Positions 11,701-25,600 of a stretch of 64,000 nucleotides of DNA are shown one piece after another. Within the stretch, counting starts at the first letter, position 1. Every line of letters begins with the position of its first letter. The position numbers were made by a program, and so were the translations under genes. The notes beneath the pieces are model-generated. The model searched no databases, had not been told where the DNA came from, and saw only the letters and a list, made by a program, of their open reading frames with translations. The stretch lies in NCBI RefSeq assembly GCF_020536995.1, contig NC_068355.1:63280738-63344737 (forward strand), read 5' to 3'. Source of the DNA: Dreissena polymorpha. Its lineage: Eukaryota.

Positions 11701-14587
11701 TGTAAGATTGCATTGGTTGGTATTTTAATAGATCTACATGTATAATCAAATCAATTCAATTCAAAACTTCAATTTATCTAAATGTATTTAATTCATGAAC
11801 AGAAAATTAAAAAAACAACATGTTTTAACATGGAAGAAAGGTGTCAATCAAAGGTGCTAAAGTTCTCCGGTATTATTCACATCTATATATTACCATGGTG
11901 ACGAACCCTCTACCCGTTTTCAACAGTAAATTCATTGCGACGAAATTGCAGTGTGACGAAACCTGTATAAGTTCGTCATTTCTATTTTAAAATATCTGGT
12001 TCCCGACTTTCGTCAAATTGGTAATTGCTATAAATAAATATTGATTAGAAAGTAAGGAAGTGAACAAGACCAACCGCCGGTTAAGTGGTAAGAAATTTCG
12101 TTATATGTAACGAAAACATTTCTTTTAAATTAAATAAATATCACCTAATGATACACAAATATTTATTGCAACATTATATATATATATTGTTATTTTGTAA
12201 ATGTTGAGTATTTCGCAATTTAATTACATCGAAGGCGGGGGTACACCACGGGGAATCATGACAATCGTTCGTGCGTTATAAATATTAAAGAAATGTGTTC
12301 TATATTATTATTTCAACACACATATTTTGTTATGCCTAAAATATGATTGTGTGCTCTATTTTAACATGATTTTTTTATTATAAATAGATTCAATCATTTG
12401 CATAAACAGAGACGTAGATCTATGTCTCCGGCAAAAATAAATATTACTGTATTAATTGATTTCAACTTCAAGCCTGTACGTGTACATGAGTTTGAGGTAT
12501 TTATTTATGAGTCCATTTCATAATAATACAATCGCAATTCACAATAGGGATTGCATGTATACAGCCCCCCCCCCCCCGTATTTCGCAATATATAGAAACT
12601 GAACTCTTAAACTGAAAACGTAGGCACATTTTATATCACATTGAGACAGACTGTGTAAAGATTGTGAAATCCTTCACACCGAATTGATCAACTGGCAATG
12701 TTGAGGTGTATATATTGTTATAAAAATAGATATGAATCAAAGAATTACTTGCTATATATAATTTAAGCCTGTAGACTTTACCTGTACATAGCTAGCTGCA
12801 TTAGTTCATGCTAGAGAATATCAATTAAAGGATAATTAAGTATATATGTTATATTTTGCATGTTAACTATCAATTTAGTGATATTTCAATAATGATTACT
12901 GTGTTCATGAAAGTACTGAATTATAATATTCATTAAATCTCTTTGCAGTATTAATGTAAGTATATCTTATTTGTTGTTATTTGTACTTCAATAAGTTAAT
13001 TTTATAAAATGTTTACTAAATTAAAGTATAAAACATGGTTCACGCTGGGTAAGCGGATACTTTGATAACAGATGGCACTTCGATACCAGATAACAACAAA
13101 AGCCACGCGCGAGAGTTGAGTTATTCAGTTTTTTTGCATTTATGTTCTGTTCATTTGGTTTTCAGAGATGTAACATTGTTTGGTCTATTAATGGTAAAGT
13201 ACTTCATATTGCGGAGCAAGAAGTTCGTGAAAAAACAGTGGATTATAAAAAAAGAGATAATATTTCATCGATAATCATCATAAATTCGATGATCAGTACG
13301 TATTTAAACAAAATAAAAATACTCGAACATAAATCAAAAACGTGCCAACTAATTGAAATAAAAGATCAATATGTCCATTAATGTATCAACATGTTAAATT
13401 TTAGTTAACTGACGTATTTGAGGAAATTCAAATGTTTTCAGAGTCGGATGCCAAATTTTCATGGACACTTCTTTTACCGATCATCTGAAAAACAATGGCA
13501 CTTCGATTCCAGATAACTCGACACTTTTTACCAGATATTACACACTCTATTTAGTGAATCAGAAATGCAGAATTCACTGTTGAATACTGTAATAGTAAGC
13601 AGGCAATAAATATAAATGTATGTACTGATGTAAATTAAAAACAAATGACCAAAAAATGTTCATATCCCTTTGGAATATGATAATAAAAGGGAAAGGGAAG
13701 TATAAAGGGAAGTGCTTCCTATAAGTAGAGCTCAATGTAAAGGGAGTTTTCCAATCTCTCTTAAATTTTGTGGCTAAGCATTAGTATCGTCTTCATGATG
13801 CGATTTTAATGAGCACCAATTACCAAGGATTTTATGAGGTGTATTTGCCGCTTTAAGACCCCTTGCTCCCCTTATCTAGAGTCCTGCTATAAGTTCGATT
13901 GAACACAGTCGTGTTGATCCACATGGTCTGTTGTATTTTCAATTATCTTAATCTCAATTTACCACTTAAAAACAAGTTGATTACTTAGACAATGATTTTC
14001 GGTTGTCACTTGAAATATATTACTTCTGAAATAAGCATTTGAATCTTATTTAAAATTAGCACTTACAATATTAATTATATGAATTAATAGTAATAAGACT
14101 TTTGAAAACGAACAAAGCCATTGGTTCTATTTTACATGTGTATGTAATTATGTTATGCATAGATTCCCAATGTGTCGGGCTTGACAATGCAAATTGATTC
14201 GTACTTTAAAATGTTTGGTAAGAATAGCCACAATATACATAAATGCATTTCAGGTAGAAGATAAAACTCTGTTATCAGAGTGCCCAATTTGTTGAAAGTC
14301 TCTGTTATCCGAAGGGCCCTATTTCGTGAATCAAAGTATCCGCAACTTCATGAATACCACCTATAAAAACATGCTCTGTCTTGGTTTATATTTCATTGAA
14401 TACTATCAAAATTTTAGTATTTGAAGCACAGTAATTACTTTACATGCTGGAATATAAAACATTTTTTTGCAATATTTCTAAGTAGTTTTATTTTGTTGAA
14501 ATGTTTACTGTTCATCCAGTTTATGCTGTTTTCCGACCGAATTTTCTATTTTTTGGGGAAAAAATCTACCATTCTTCCGGGATTTTT

Positions 14588-15255
14588 TACCAGGTTTTCC
14601 GAAGCAAAAAACTGGTTATTAGATTGGCGAATGCGGGCGGGCTGGCTGGCTGGCTGGCGGGCTGGCGGAACAAGCTTGTCCGGGCCATAACTATGTCGTT
14701 CATTGTCAGATTTTAAAATCATTTGGCACATTTGTTCACCATCATTGGACGGTGTGTCGCGCGAAATAATTACGTCTATATCTCCAAGGTCAAGGTCACA
14801 CTTTGAGTTCAAAGGTCAAAAATGGCCATAAATGAGCTTGTCCGAGCCATTACTATGTCGTTCATTGTCAGATTTTAAAATCATTTGGCACATTTGTTCA
14901 CCATCATTGGACGGTGTGTCGCGCGAAATAATTACGTCGATATCTCCAAGGTCAAGGTCACACTTTGAGTTCAAAGGTAAAAAATAGCCATAAATGAGCT
15001 TGTCTGGGCTATAACCATGTCATTCATTATGATATTTTAAAATCATTTGGCACATTTTTTCACCATCATGGGACGGTGTGTCGCACAAAAGAATCACGTC
15101 AATATCTCCAATGTCAAGGTCGCCACGACTAAAAATAGATTTATTTTAAAACAAACTTACAAAGGGTGTTAATTTTGTTTGTTCATTTAAAAAGTTCAGT
15201 TTGAGTTGTCTCCCTTTATCAGATTTTTTTTCACAATGAAAACCTGGTTTTGTGA
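14588..15255 (+). mobile_element. MITE-like element with 9-10-bp TIRs (CCAGGTTTTC / GAAAACCTGG) and three internal ~165-bp tandem repeats.
   Basis: Head taccaggttttccgaagcaaaaaactggttattagattggcgaatg; internal unit starts near 14667, 14830 and 14995; tail tgaaaacctggttttgtgacaattttgtcccttgtt. A second copy with two internal units lies at 39570-40080. Confidence 0.65.
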
Positions 15256-17289
15256 CAATTTTGTCCCTTGTTTATCTGCATACCCAGTGTGGTTAGTTAA
15301 ATAAATTATGTTTTCAACATATTAAAAAAGTACAAGTCATTTGAACATTGTGTTTGTTTATTTAGGTTAAATATTTTATTCATCAATGACATCAATTTTT
15401 ATTATTTAATGTTTTTGAACAAATACAGTTAGAAAATTATCTTTATATTAACTTCAGTTAAACATAATGAATGCACTTAATTTAATTCATAACTGTTCTT
15501 TATTGTTTTCTATCAGAACCACTTTAATGTATTCATGTTAGCCATTTATAAGAACTTTGAAATAACTTTAAAGGTGTTACTTCATGAATGTTTAGACAGA
15601 GCTTAAAAATACAAAAATCCCTGAATGCAGTCTCAAGAGTATGATCAAAGGAAGTACATAAAGCACTACTTTTTAGCAAAATAAACATACACATAATATC
15701 AGATTCAAATGTTAATGACTCTGATGTTTCTGTGACTGAATAATTGAAATTTAGGTTTGTTCATTTTATTGCAAAATGCATTTACTAATGAATGAATGAA
15801 TAATAAATAATTATCTGAAACATGAGATAATAAAGCGCTTATTAACAGTTGCACTAGCGTTCCCATTCAACCTAATCCTTAAGGTCAACTTCTTTGTGAG
15901 GGAGTGCTCTCAGGATCTTTCCGAATTCAAATCAAACTTGTCAGTCATGATTACAATTTGAACTATTTACATTGATGTTTACCTTATTGTCAGCTCACAA
16001 CAACATTGTCAGTCTTAATGTGATCAGGTAAGAATGCCCTCATTGCAGTCCCCATTAAAACGAGAGCGCCGATGGCGTTAAAAGCATAGGTGCAAGATAC
16101 AGGGAAGAATGGCGTCACGTGGTATAATGTAGTTCGATATCGCCATCCGCGAATTTCTCAAATCAATAATTTCAAACAATTACCGACTATTTAAATAGAT
16201 AATCTTTCCATTTACATCAGTGTATGAAACGCTTATGAAAAATAATTACCCAAGCCTTTCAAATTTAAGCACGGACAGATCTGTATCGATTCTTTTCTCT
16301 ATTCTTTTCACATATGAAAATAGACGCTACCCTATTCGTCTGCGTCAAGAATTTGTCGTAAAACTTGTGGTAAGCGTTAGATGCAGACGTGCACAACAGA
16401 TTGAGTTCTGAATACAGATTTCTGAATGCAGATTTTTATAGAAACTCCTCACAGCAGTTACTTCCCTTACTTCGCCCGGTCAGTAACTTCTAGTATAAGG
16501 GAGGCCACTGCGTAGGAGATTGAGATTTATAGTGCAGATAGAATTGTTTTACGAACGAAATTTGTTTTAGGTTATAAGAAGATTTTTTGACATAAAACGG
16601 TCTTAGAAAAATTCACTAAAAACGGTGTCAGCAATATTCTTGGAAGAAAACGTTAGAAAAACGTTTCAAAAAAAAAATTGTAAGAATGACCATATACTAA
16701 ATTAAATAGATATTTCGTCTGATTTTTGATCAGGTAAGGCTTCATAAAGGGCAACCGATGGATGTGGATTTTCGAAATGTGGTATATACCATAAGCATAG
16801 GTGCGTAAACGCACCTATGCTAAAAACTGATAAGCTGTTTGAGAACCCTTTGTTTAGGATGCTTTTGGAATTGCCAGGATTCAAAATAAAATCAGAAAAA
16901 GTTGATTTTTATCTGTAAAACAAAGCAGTAAAAAGTAACACATTGTTCATGTTTGAGGCTAAAAAATGTATCTCCTTGATGAAATAATATTGGGAATCAA
17001 ATGGCATAAATAATAACATTGTTATGTTTTTTTATCAATGCAGGTTTATGTAAGGTTGCTTAGCAACTTGCTTAATATATTTTGAAACGCTTTGTTGGAA
17101 ATGTTTGTTCTGGATATCAGACCAAGTAATATTTGCTGCGTGTACACTAAACATAATCAAGTAAATAGATGTGGTAGTAGTTTACACCCATGTCAATATT
17201 GATTGAGTTAACTATTATTGAACCATTAGACCTCAAAGTTGTTATTGGTGTAAGCTGGTTAAAATTTAGTGTAAACTTAATGGAACACT

Positions 17290-17390
17290 GCACATAACAA
17301 GAGTTTACAATCGGGGTATAAATTCTTCTGATTTTACAAGCTATAAATTTTACTGATCGTACAAGCTATAAATTCAACTGATTTTACAAG
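17290..17390. repeat. Short tandem repeat, about 30 bp in 3 copies (tacaagctataaatt..ctgatt).
   Basis: Direct reading. Confidence 0.5.
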
Positions 17391-18134
17391 CTAGCACATT
17401 AACATCTGTGTTATACTTGTACTATTGCATGTGTATGCATGTTCTACAATTTTCATGCGACTGGATTCAATATGACATATGAAGTTGAAAGCACACAAAA
17501 ATAATAAAATTAACAGTATTTTGATAACCAAAAATAATGCACAATTCCATAATATCCCTAACACCAAAAGCAACTTATTAATTATTATTAACTTTCACAA
17601 ATTTATACATTTTGTGCTGCTATTTCTTTAAATTCCTATCTACATTCAATAGTTGCAATAATCCAACTCCTGGCTATTAATCCTCCATGTCACACTCACA
17701 GGGATATGTACCTACATGTATTAAAGTTCAAAGCATTCAAGAAGAACTAGTACATTCCACAGAATCTCATGTATTATGGTATATTATACAATTTTTTAAC
17801 TGTATTTTTGGCGCTTTTGCATAAGCAAATGTAGAAACAAGTTCCATCAGTTCAATGTCTCTAGAAATTTCATTCATTCAAACCTTAATGTCATCTCTTA
17901 TACAATCAAAGTTACGGTAAACTTAGTTATTAAACAATAACTATCATCAATAGCCCTCCGAATCCAATTTGTTGTGAGTCAGCTGTCCAACTAGTCAATC
18001 GGTCATTTTAACACTTGCTAACATTATACTTAATTTACCTACAAAGTGTGCAGAGGGATACAAAATGATTTTGTATAATGTAACAAGTGTGAAAACAGCT
18101 TGACTCCACAAAATTGATTCAATCCATTTATTAC

Positions 18135-18415
18135 TTAAGGGCGGCAATTATTTATATTTGTAAGGTAGCTCTTAGTGCGGCACTGCCGCCCCAACAAGTA
18201 GCTCATAGTGCGGCACTGCCACCCCAACAAGTAGCTCATAGTGCCGCTTTGCCACCCCAACAAGTAGCTCATAGTGCCGCACTGTTGCCCCAACAAGTAG
18301 CTCATAGTGCCGCACTGTTGCCCCAACAAGTAGCTCATAGTGCCGCACTGTTGCCCCAACAAGTAGCTCATAGTGCCTCACTGCCGCCCCAACAAGTAGC
18401 TCATAGTGCCGCACT
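18135..18415. repeat. 33-bp satellite, about 8.5 units. This is the proximal piece of the megaarray, separated from the rest by a transposon insertion.
   Basis: Unit GTAGCTCATAGTGCCGCACTGCCGCCCCAACAA repeated head-to-tail. Confidence 0.9.
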
Positions 18416-19640
18416 GCCCAGGGCTCGAATTAAGCACTCGCAAACAGGCCATTTGCGAGTACATTTTAAAAAACACGTCTAAAATGCGAGTGCAACATTT
18501 AGATACTCGCCATTTTTTGCGAGTTGGGGAAAAAACAAACAAGGTGCTTAAAGATCTTGGATTAAATACAAGATTTGTTCGCCGATCGAAAGTCTTCCGA
18601 CCAAGTACGAAAATAATTAAACCCCGTCTAGTTTCGATCTAAAAATAGATCTGAAAATTGGAATTACCCTAATTTGCATAATGTATTTCAGCGGTTACTT
18701 CCGTTCTAGCAGAAATAATTTTACGAAATATTTTTTAAAATATATTTACGCTCTGCACTGTATCTTTCTGCCGATATAGTTAGTAAAGAACATTGAAAAT
18801 TATATTATTGCAATTGAAAGTATGTTATTCCCTTCTTAAGTGAAAATTGGCGATAGTTATTCAGTATGAAGTTTTTTTTAAAACGAAGCTCATTTCGTTA
18901 ATTCCTCATTCTTATAAATAGACGGAACACGTTTAGCAGACGATTTAAAAACTCAAAAATGTCGTCTACTAAAAAAATAACTAGCTTTTTTGTGGCGAAT
19001 TCCTCCGTCTCCTCTGTGGAAGACAAAAAAGCCGAGGCCGAACCAGATAAAAAGAAATGCCAAAACAGTTAAGAAATGGGAAGACGAGCTAAAAATAACT
19101 TTGAACACGGAGAGAGACCAAGACGGCAATGTGTGTAAGATGTTCTGCGATTCATCTGATTGGTCTCTACCCCCTCAGCAATGCTGAGTGTGAAAGATGC
19201 TTTTCTGTTATGAAAAGGATAAAAAGTGATTGGCGATGTTCACTAAGCACTGAAAGGATGGACCAATTAATGCGAATCTCTATCAGAGATAATGAGGGGT
19301 TCCAGCCACGCAGAGCTGTGAATAGGTGGTGGATCAGTGGCAACAGTAGCAAAAGGCCAGATGTCGCCCCATATGGACCGAGGCATTAACTTTGGATGAT
19401 ATAACTGATATAAAAAAAAATACTCTTTACACTCAATTGTGTTACAATGTTGCTTTGAAGTTTTTAGTTAAAATAAACATAGGTCCATCCTTTCAGTGCT
19501 TAGTGAACATCGCCAATCACTTTTTATCAACCAAAGGATGCATTATTATGAAAACTTGTATTGCGAGTTGGAAATAAAAAATGCGAGTTGAAATATTAAC
19601 AACTAGCAATTTTTTGCGAGTTGAAAAAAAAAAGTAATTC
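18416..19640 (+). mobile_element. Non-autonomous hAT-like DNA transposon inserted in the satellite. It has ~15-bp TIRs CAGGGCTYGAATTA and subterminal GCGAGT motifs.
   Basis: Left end CAGGGCTCGAATTAAGCACTCGCAAAC. The reverse complement of the right end is CAGGGCTTGAATTAC...CAACTCGCAAAA. Multiple (A/T)TGCGAGT(T/A) subterminal repeats occur at both ends. The internal ORF has a hATC-like motif. Satellite is on both flanks. Confidence 0.6.
19129..19389 (+). pseudogene. hAT-family transposase C-terminal dimerisation (hATC) remnant.
   Basis: Translation reads ...LYPLSNAECERCFSVMKRIKSDWRCSLSTERMDQLMRISI. This matches the hATC consensus P.SSA..ER.FS.lk.IkT..R..l....l..L..i. The protein is N-terminally truncated and there is no DDE core. 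Confidence 0.6.
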
Positions 19641-22600
19641 AAGCCCTGAAGTAGCTCATAGTGCCTCACTGCCACCCCAACAAGTAGCTCATAGTGCCGC
19701 ACTGTTGCCCCAACAAGTAGCTCATAGTGCCTCACTGCCACCCCAACAAGTAGCTCATAGTGCCTCACTGCCGCCCCAACAAGTAGCTCATAGTGCCGCA
19801 CTGCCGCCCCAACAAGTAGCTCATAGTGCCTCACTGCCACCCCAACAAGTAGCTCATAGTGCCTCACTGCCGCCCCAACAAGTAGCTCATAGTGCCGCAC
19901 TGTTGCCCGAACAAGTAGCTCATAGTGCCGCACTGCCACCCCAACAAGTAGCTCATTGTGCCTCACTGCCGCCCCAACAAGTAGCTCATAGTGCCTCACT
20001 GCCGCCCCAACAAGTAGCTCATAGTGCCGCACTGCCACCCCAACAAGTAGCTCATAGTGCCGCACTGCCGCCCCAACAAGTAGCTCATAGTGCTGCACTG
20101 CCACCCCAACAAGTAGCTCATAGTGCTGCACTGCCGCCCCAACAAGTAGCTCATAGTGCCTCACTGCCGCCCCAACAAGTAGCTCATAGTGCCTCACTGC
20201 CACCCCAACAAGTAGCTCATAGTGCCTCACTGCCGCCCCAACAAGTAGCTCATAGTGCCTTACTGCCACCCCAACAAGTAGCTCATAGTGCCTCACTGCC
20301 GCCCCAACAAGTAGCTCATAGTGCCGCACTGTTCCCCCAACAAGTAGCTCATAGTGCCTCACTGCTGCCCCAACAAGTAGCTCATTGTGCCTCACTGCCA
20401 CCCGAACAAGTAGCTCATAGTGCCGCACTGCCACCCCAACAAGTAGCTCATAGTGCCGCACTGTTGCCCCAACAAGTAGCTCATAGTGCCTCACTGCCAC
20501 CCCAACAAGTAGCTCATAGTGCCTCACTGTTGCCCCAACAAGTAGCTCATAGTGCCGCACTGCCGCCCCAACAAGTAGCTCATAGTGCCTCACTGCCACC
20601 CCAACAAGTAGCTCATAGTGCCTCACTGCCACCCCAACAAGTAGCTCATAGTGCCGCACTGTTGCCCCCAACAAGTAGCTCATAGTGCCTCACTGCCACC
20701 CCAACAAGTAGCTCATAGTGCCGCACTGCCGCCCCAACAAGTAGCTCATAGTGCCTCACTGCCGCCCCAACAAGTAGCTCATAGTGCCGCACTGCCACCC
20801 CAACAAGTAGCTCATAGTGCCACACTGCAACCCCAACAAGTAGCTCATAGTGCCGCACTGCCGCCCCAACAAGTAGCTCATAGTGCCTCACTGCCGCCCC
20901 AACAAGTAGCTCATAGTGCCTCACTGCCACCCCAACAAGTAGCTCATAGTGCCGCACTGCCGCCCCAACAAGTAGCTCATAGTGCCTCACTGCCGCCCCA
21001 ACAAGTAGCTCATAGTGCCGCACTGCCGCCCCAACAAGTAGCTCATAGTGCCTCACTGCCGCCCCAACAAGTAGCTCATAGTGCCTCACTGCCACCCCAA
21101 CAAGTAGCTCATAGTGCCTCACTGCCACCCCAACAAGTAGCTCATAGTGCCGCACTGTTGCCCCAACCAGTAGCTCATAGTGCCGCACTGCCACCCCAAC
21201 AAGTAGCTCATAGTGCCTCACTGCCGCCCCAACAAGTAGCTCATAGTGCGGCACTGCCGCCCCAACAAGTAGCTCATAGTGCCTCACTGCCACCCAAACA
21301 AGTAGCTCATAGTGCCGCACTGCCGCCCCAACAAGTAGCTCATAGTGCCGCACTGTTGCCCCAACAAGTAGCTCATAGTGCCGCATTGCCGCCCCAACAA
21401 GTAGCTCATAGTGCCTTACTGCCACCCCAACAAGTAGCTCATAGTGCCGCACTGCCGCCCCAACAAGTAGCTCATAGTGCCGCACTGTTGCCCCAACAAG
21501 TAGCTCATAGTGCGGCACTGCCGCCCCAACAAGTAGCTCATAGTGCCTCACTGCCACCCCAACAAGTAGCTCATAGTGCCGCACTGCCGCCCCAACAAGT
21601 AGCTCATAGTGCCGCACTGTTGCCCCAACAAGTAGCTCATAGTGCCTCACTGCCGCCCCAACAAGTAGCTCATAGTGCCTCACTGTTGCCCCAACAAGTA
21701 GCTCATAGTGCCTCACTGCCACCCCAACAAGTAGCTCATAGTGCCTCACTGCCGCCCCAACAAGTAGCTCATAGTGCCGCACTGCCACCCCAACAAGAAG
21801 CTCATAGTGCCGCACTGTTGCCCCAACAAGAAGCTCATAGTCCCGCACTGCCGCCCCACCAAGTAGCTCATAGTGCCTCACTGCCACCCCAACAAGTAGC
21901 TCATAGTGCCTCACTGCCACCCCAACAAGTAGCTCATAGTGCCTCACTGCCACCCCAACAAGTAGCTCATAGTGCCTCACTGCCACCCCAACAAGTAGCT
22001 CATAGTGCCGCACTGCCACCCCAACAAGTAGCTCATAGTGCCGCACTGTTGCCCCAACAAGAAGCTCATAGTCCCGCACTGCCGCCCCAACAAGTAGCTC
22101 ATAGTGCCTCACTGCCACCCCAACAAGTAGCTCATAGTGCCTCACTGCCACACCAACAAGTAGCTCATAGTGCCTCACTGCCACCCCAACAAGTAGCTCA
22201 TAGTGCCTCACTGTTGCCCCAACAAGTAGCTCATAGTGCCTCACTGCCACCCCAACAAGTAGCTCATAGTGCCTCACTGCCACCCCAACAAGTAGCTCAT
22301 AGTGCCTCACTGCCACCCCAACAAGTAGCTCATAGTGCCTCACTGCCACCCCAACAAGTAGCTCATAGTGCCTCACTGCCACCCCAACAAGTAGCTCATA
22401 GTGCCTCACTGCCACCCCAACAAGTAGCTCATAGTGCCTCACTGCCGCCCCAACAAGTAGCTCATAGTGCCTCACTGCCGCCCCAACAAGTAGCTCATAG
22501 TGCCTCACTGCCACCCCAACAAGTAGCTCATAGTGCCGCACTGCCACCCCAACAAATAGCTCATAGTGCCTCACTGCCACCCCAACAAGTAGCTCATAGT

Positions 22601-25600
22601 GCCTCACTGCCACCCCAACAAGAAGCTCATAGTGCCTCACTGCCACCCCAACAAGTAGCTCATAGTGCCTCACTGCCACCCCAACAAGTAGCTCATAGTG
22701 CTGCACTGCCACCCCAACAAGTAGCTCATAGTGCCTCACTGCCACCCCAACAAGTAGCTCATAGTGCCTCACTGCCGCCCCAACAAGTAGCTCATAGTGC
22801 CTCACTGCCGCCCCAACAAGTAGCTCATAGTGCCGCACTTCCACCCCAACAAGTAGCTCATAGTGCCTCACTGCCACCCCAACAAGTAGCTCATAGTGCC
22901 ACACTGCCACCCCAACAAGTAGCTCATAGTGCCTCACTGCCGCCCCTACAAGTAGCTCATAGTGCCTCACTGCCACCCCAACAAGTAGCTCATAGTGCCT
23001 CACTGCCGCCCCCAACAAGTAGCTCATAGTGCCTCACTGCCACCCCAACAAGTAGCTCATAGTGCCTCACTGCCGCCCCAACAAGTAGCTCATAGTGCCG
23101 CACTGTTGCCCGAACAAGTAGCTCATAGTGCCGCACTGCCACCCCAACAAGTAGCTCATTGTGCCTCACTGCCACCCCAACAAGTAGCTCATAGTGCCTC
23201 ACTGCCACCCCAACAAGTAGCTCATAGTGCCGCACTGCCACCCCAACAAGTAGCTCATAGTGCCGCACTGCCACCCCAACAAGTAGCTCATAGTGCCTCA
23301 CTGCTGCCCCAACAAGTAGCTCATAGTGCCGCACTGTCGCCCCAACAAGTAGCTCATAGTGCCGCACTGCCGCCCCAACAAGTAGCTCATAGTGCCTCAC
23401 TGCCGCCCCAACAAGTAGCTCATAGTGCCGCACTGCCGCCCCAACAAGTAGCTCATAGTGCCTCACTGCCGCCCCAACAAGTAGCCCATAGTGCCTCACT
23501 GTCGCCCAAACAAGTAGCTCATAGTGCCTCACTGCCGCCCCAACAAGTAGCTCATAGTGCCTCACTGCCGCCCCAACAAGTAGCTCATAGTGCCTCACTG
23601 CCGCCCCAACAAGTAGCTCATAGTGCCTCACTGCCGCCCAAACAAGTAGCTCATAGTGCTGCACTGCTGCCCCAACAAGTAGCTCATAGTGCCGCACTGC
23701 TGCCCCAACAAGTAGCTCATAGTGCCGCACTGTTGCCCCAACAAGTAGCTCATAGTGCCTCACTGCCACCCCAACAAGTAGCTCATAGTGCCGCACTGCC
23801 ACCCCAACAAGTAGCTCATAGTGCCTCACTGCCACCCCAACAAGTAGCTCATAGTGCCGCACTGTTGCCCCCAACAAGTAGCTCATAGTGCTGCACTGCC
23901 ACCCCAACAAGTAGCTCATAGTGCTGCACTGCCGCCCCAACAAGTAGCTCATAGTGCCTCACTGCCGCCCCAACAAGTAGCTCATAGTGCCTCACTGCCA
24001 CCCCAACAAGTAGCTCATAGTGCCTCACTGCCGCCCCAACAAGTAGCTCATAGTGCCTTACTGCCACCCCAACAAGTAGCTCATAGTGCCTCACTGCCGC
24101 CCCAACAAGTAGCTCATAGTGCCGCACTGTTCCCCCAACAAGTAGCTCATAGTGCCTCACTGCTGCCCCAACAAGTAGCTCATTGTGCCTCACTGCCACC
24201 CGAACAAGTAGCTCATAGTGCCGCACTGCCACCCCAACAAGTAGCTCATAGTGCCGCACTGCCACCCCAACAAGTAGCTCATAGTGCCTCACTGCTGCCC
24301 CAACAAGTAGCTCATAGTGCCGCACTGTCGCCCCAACAAGTAGCTCATAGTGCCGCACTGCCGCCCCAACAAGTAGCTCATAGTGCCTCACTGCCGCCCC
24401 AACAAGTAGCTCATAGTGCCGCACTGCCGCCCCAACAAGTAGCTCATAGTGCCTCACTGCCGCCCCAACAAGTAGCCCATAGTGCCTCACTGTCGCCCAA
24501 ACAAGTAGCTCATAGTGCCTCACTGCCGCCCCAACAAGTAGCTCATAGTGCCTCACTGCCGCCCCAACAAGTAGCTCATAGTGCCTCACTGCCGCCCCAA
24601 CAAGTAGCTCATAGTGCCTCACTGCCGCCCAAACAAGTAGCTCATAGTGCTGCACTGCTGCCCCAACAAGTAGCTCATAGTGCCGCACTGCTGCCCCAAC
24701 AAGTAGCTCATAGTGCCGCACTGTTGCCCCAACAAGTAGCTCATAGTGCCTCACTGCCACCCCAACAAGTAGCTCATAGTGCTGCACTGCCACCCCAACA
24801 AGTAGCTCATAGTGCCTCACTGCCGCCTCAACAAGTAGCTCATAGTGCCGCACTGCCGCCCCAACAAGTAGCTCATAGTGCCGCACTGCCACCCCAACAA
24901 GTAGCTCATAGTGCCTCACTGCCACCCCAACAAGTAGCTCATAGTGCCGCACTGCCGCCCCAACAAGTAGCTCATAGTGCCGCACTGTTGCCCCAACAAG
25001 TAGCTCATAGTGCTGCACTGCCACCCCAACAAGTAGCTCATAGTGCCTCACTGCCACCCCAACAAGTAGCTCATAGTGCCTCACTGCCACCCCAACAAGT
25101 AGCTCATAGTGCCGCACTGCCGTCCCAACAAGTAGCTCATAGTGCCTCACTGCCACCCCAACAAGTAGCTCATAGTGCCGCACTGCCGCCCCAACAAGTA
25201 GCTCATAGTGCCTCACTGCCGCCCCAACAAGTAGCTCATAGTGCCGCACTGCCGCCCCAACAAGTAGCTCATAGTGCCTCACTGCCATCCGAACAAGTAG
25301 CTCATAGTGCCTCACTGCCGCCCCAACAAGTAGCTCATAGTGCCTCACTGCCGCCCCAACAAGTAGCTCATAGTGCCTCACTGCCGCCCCAACAAGTAGC
25401 TCATAGTGCCTCACTGCCGCCCCAACAAGTAGCTCATAGTGCCTCACTGCCGCCCCAACAAGTAGCTCATAGTGCCTCACTGCCGCCCCAACAAGTAGCT
25501 CATAGTGCCTCACTGCCGCCCAACAAGTAGCTCATAGTGCCTCACTGCCGCCCAAACAAGTAGCTCATAGTGCCTGCACTGCTGCCCCAACAAGTAGCTC

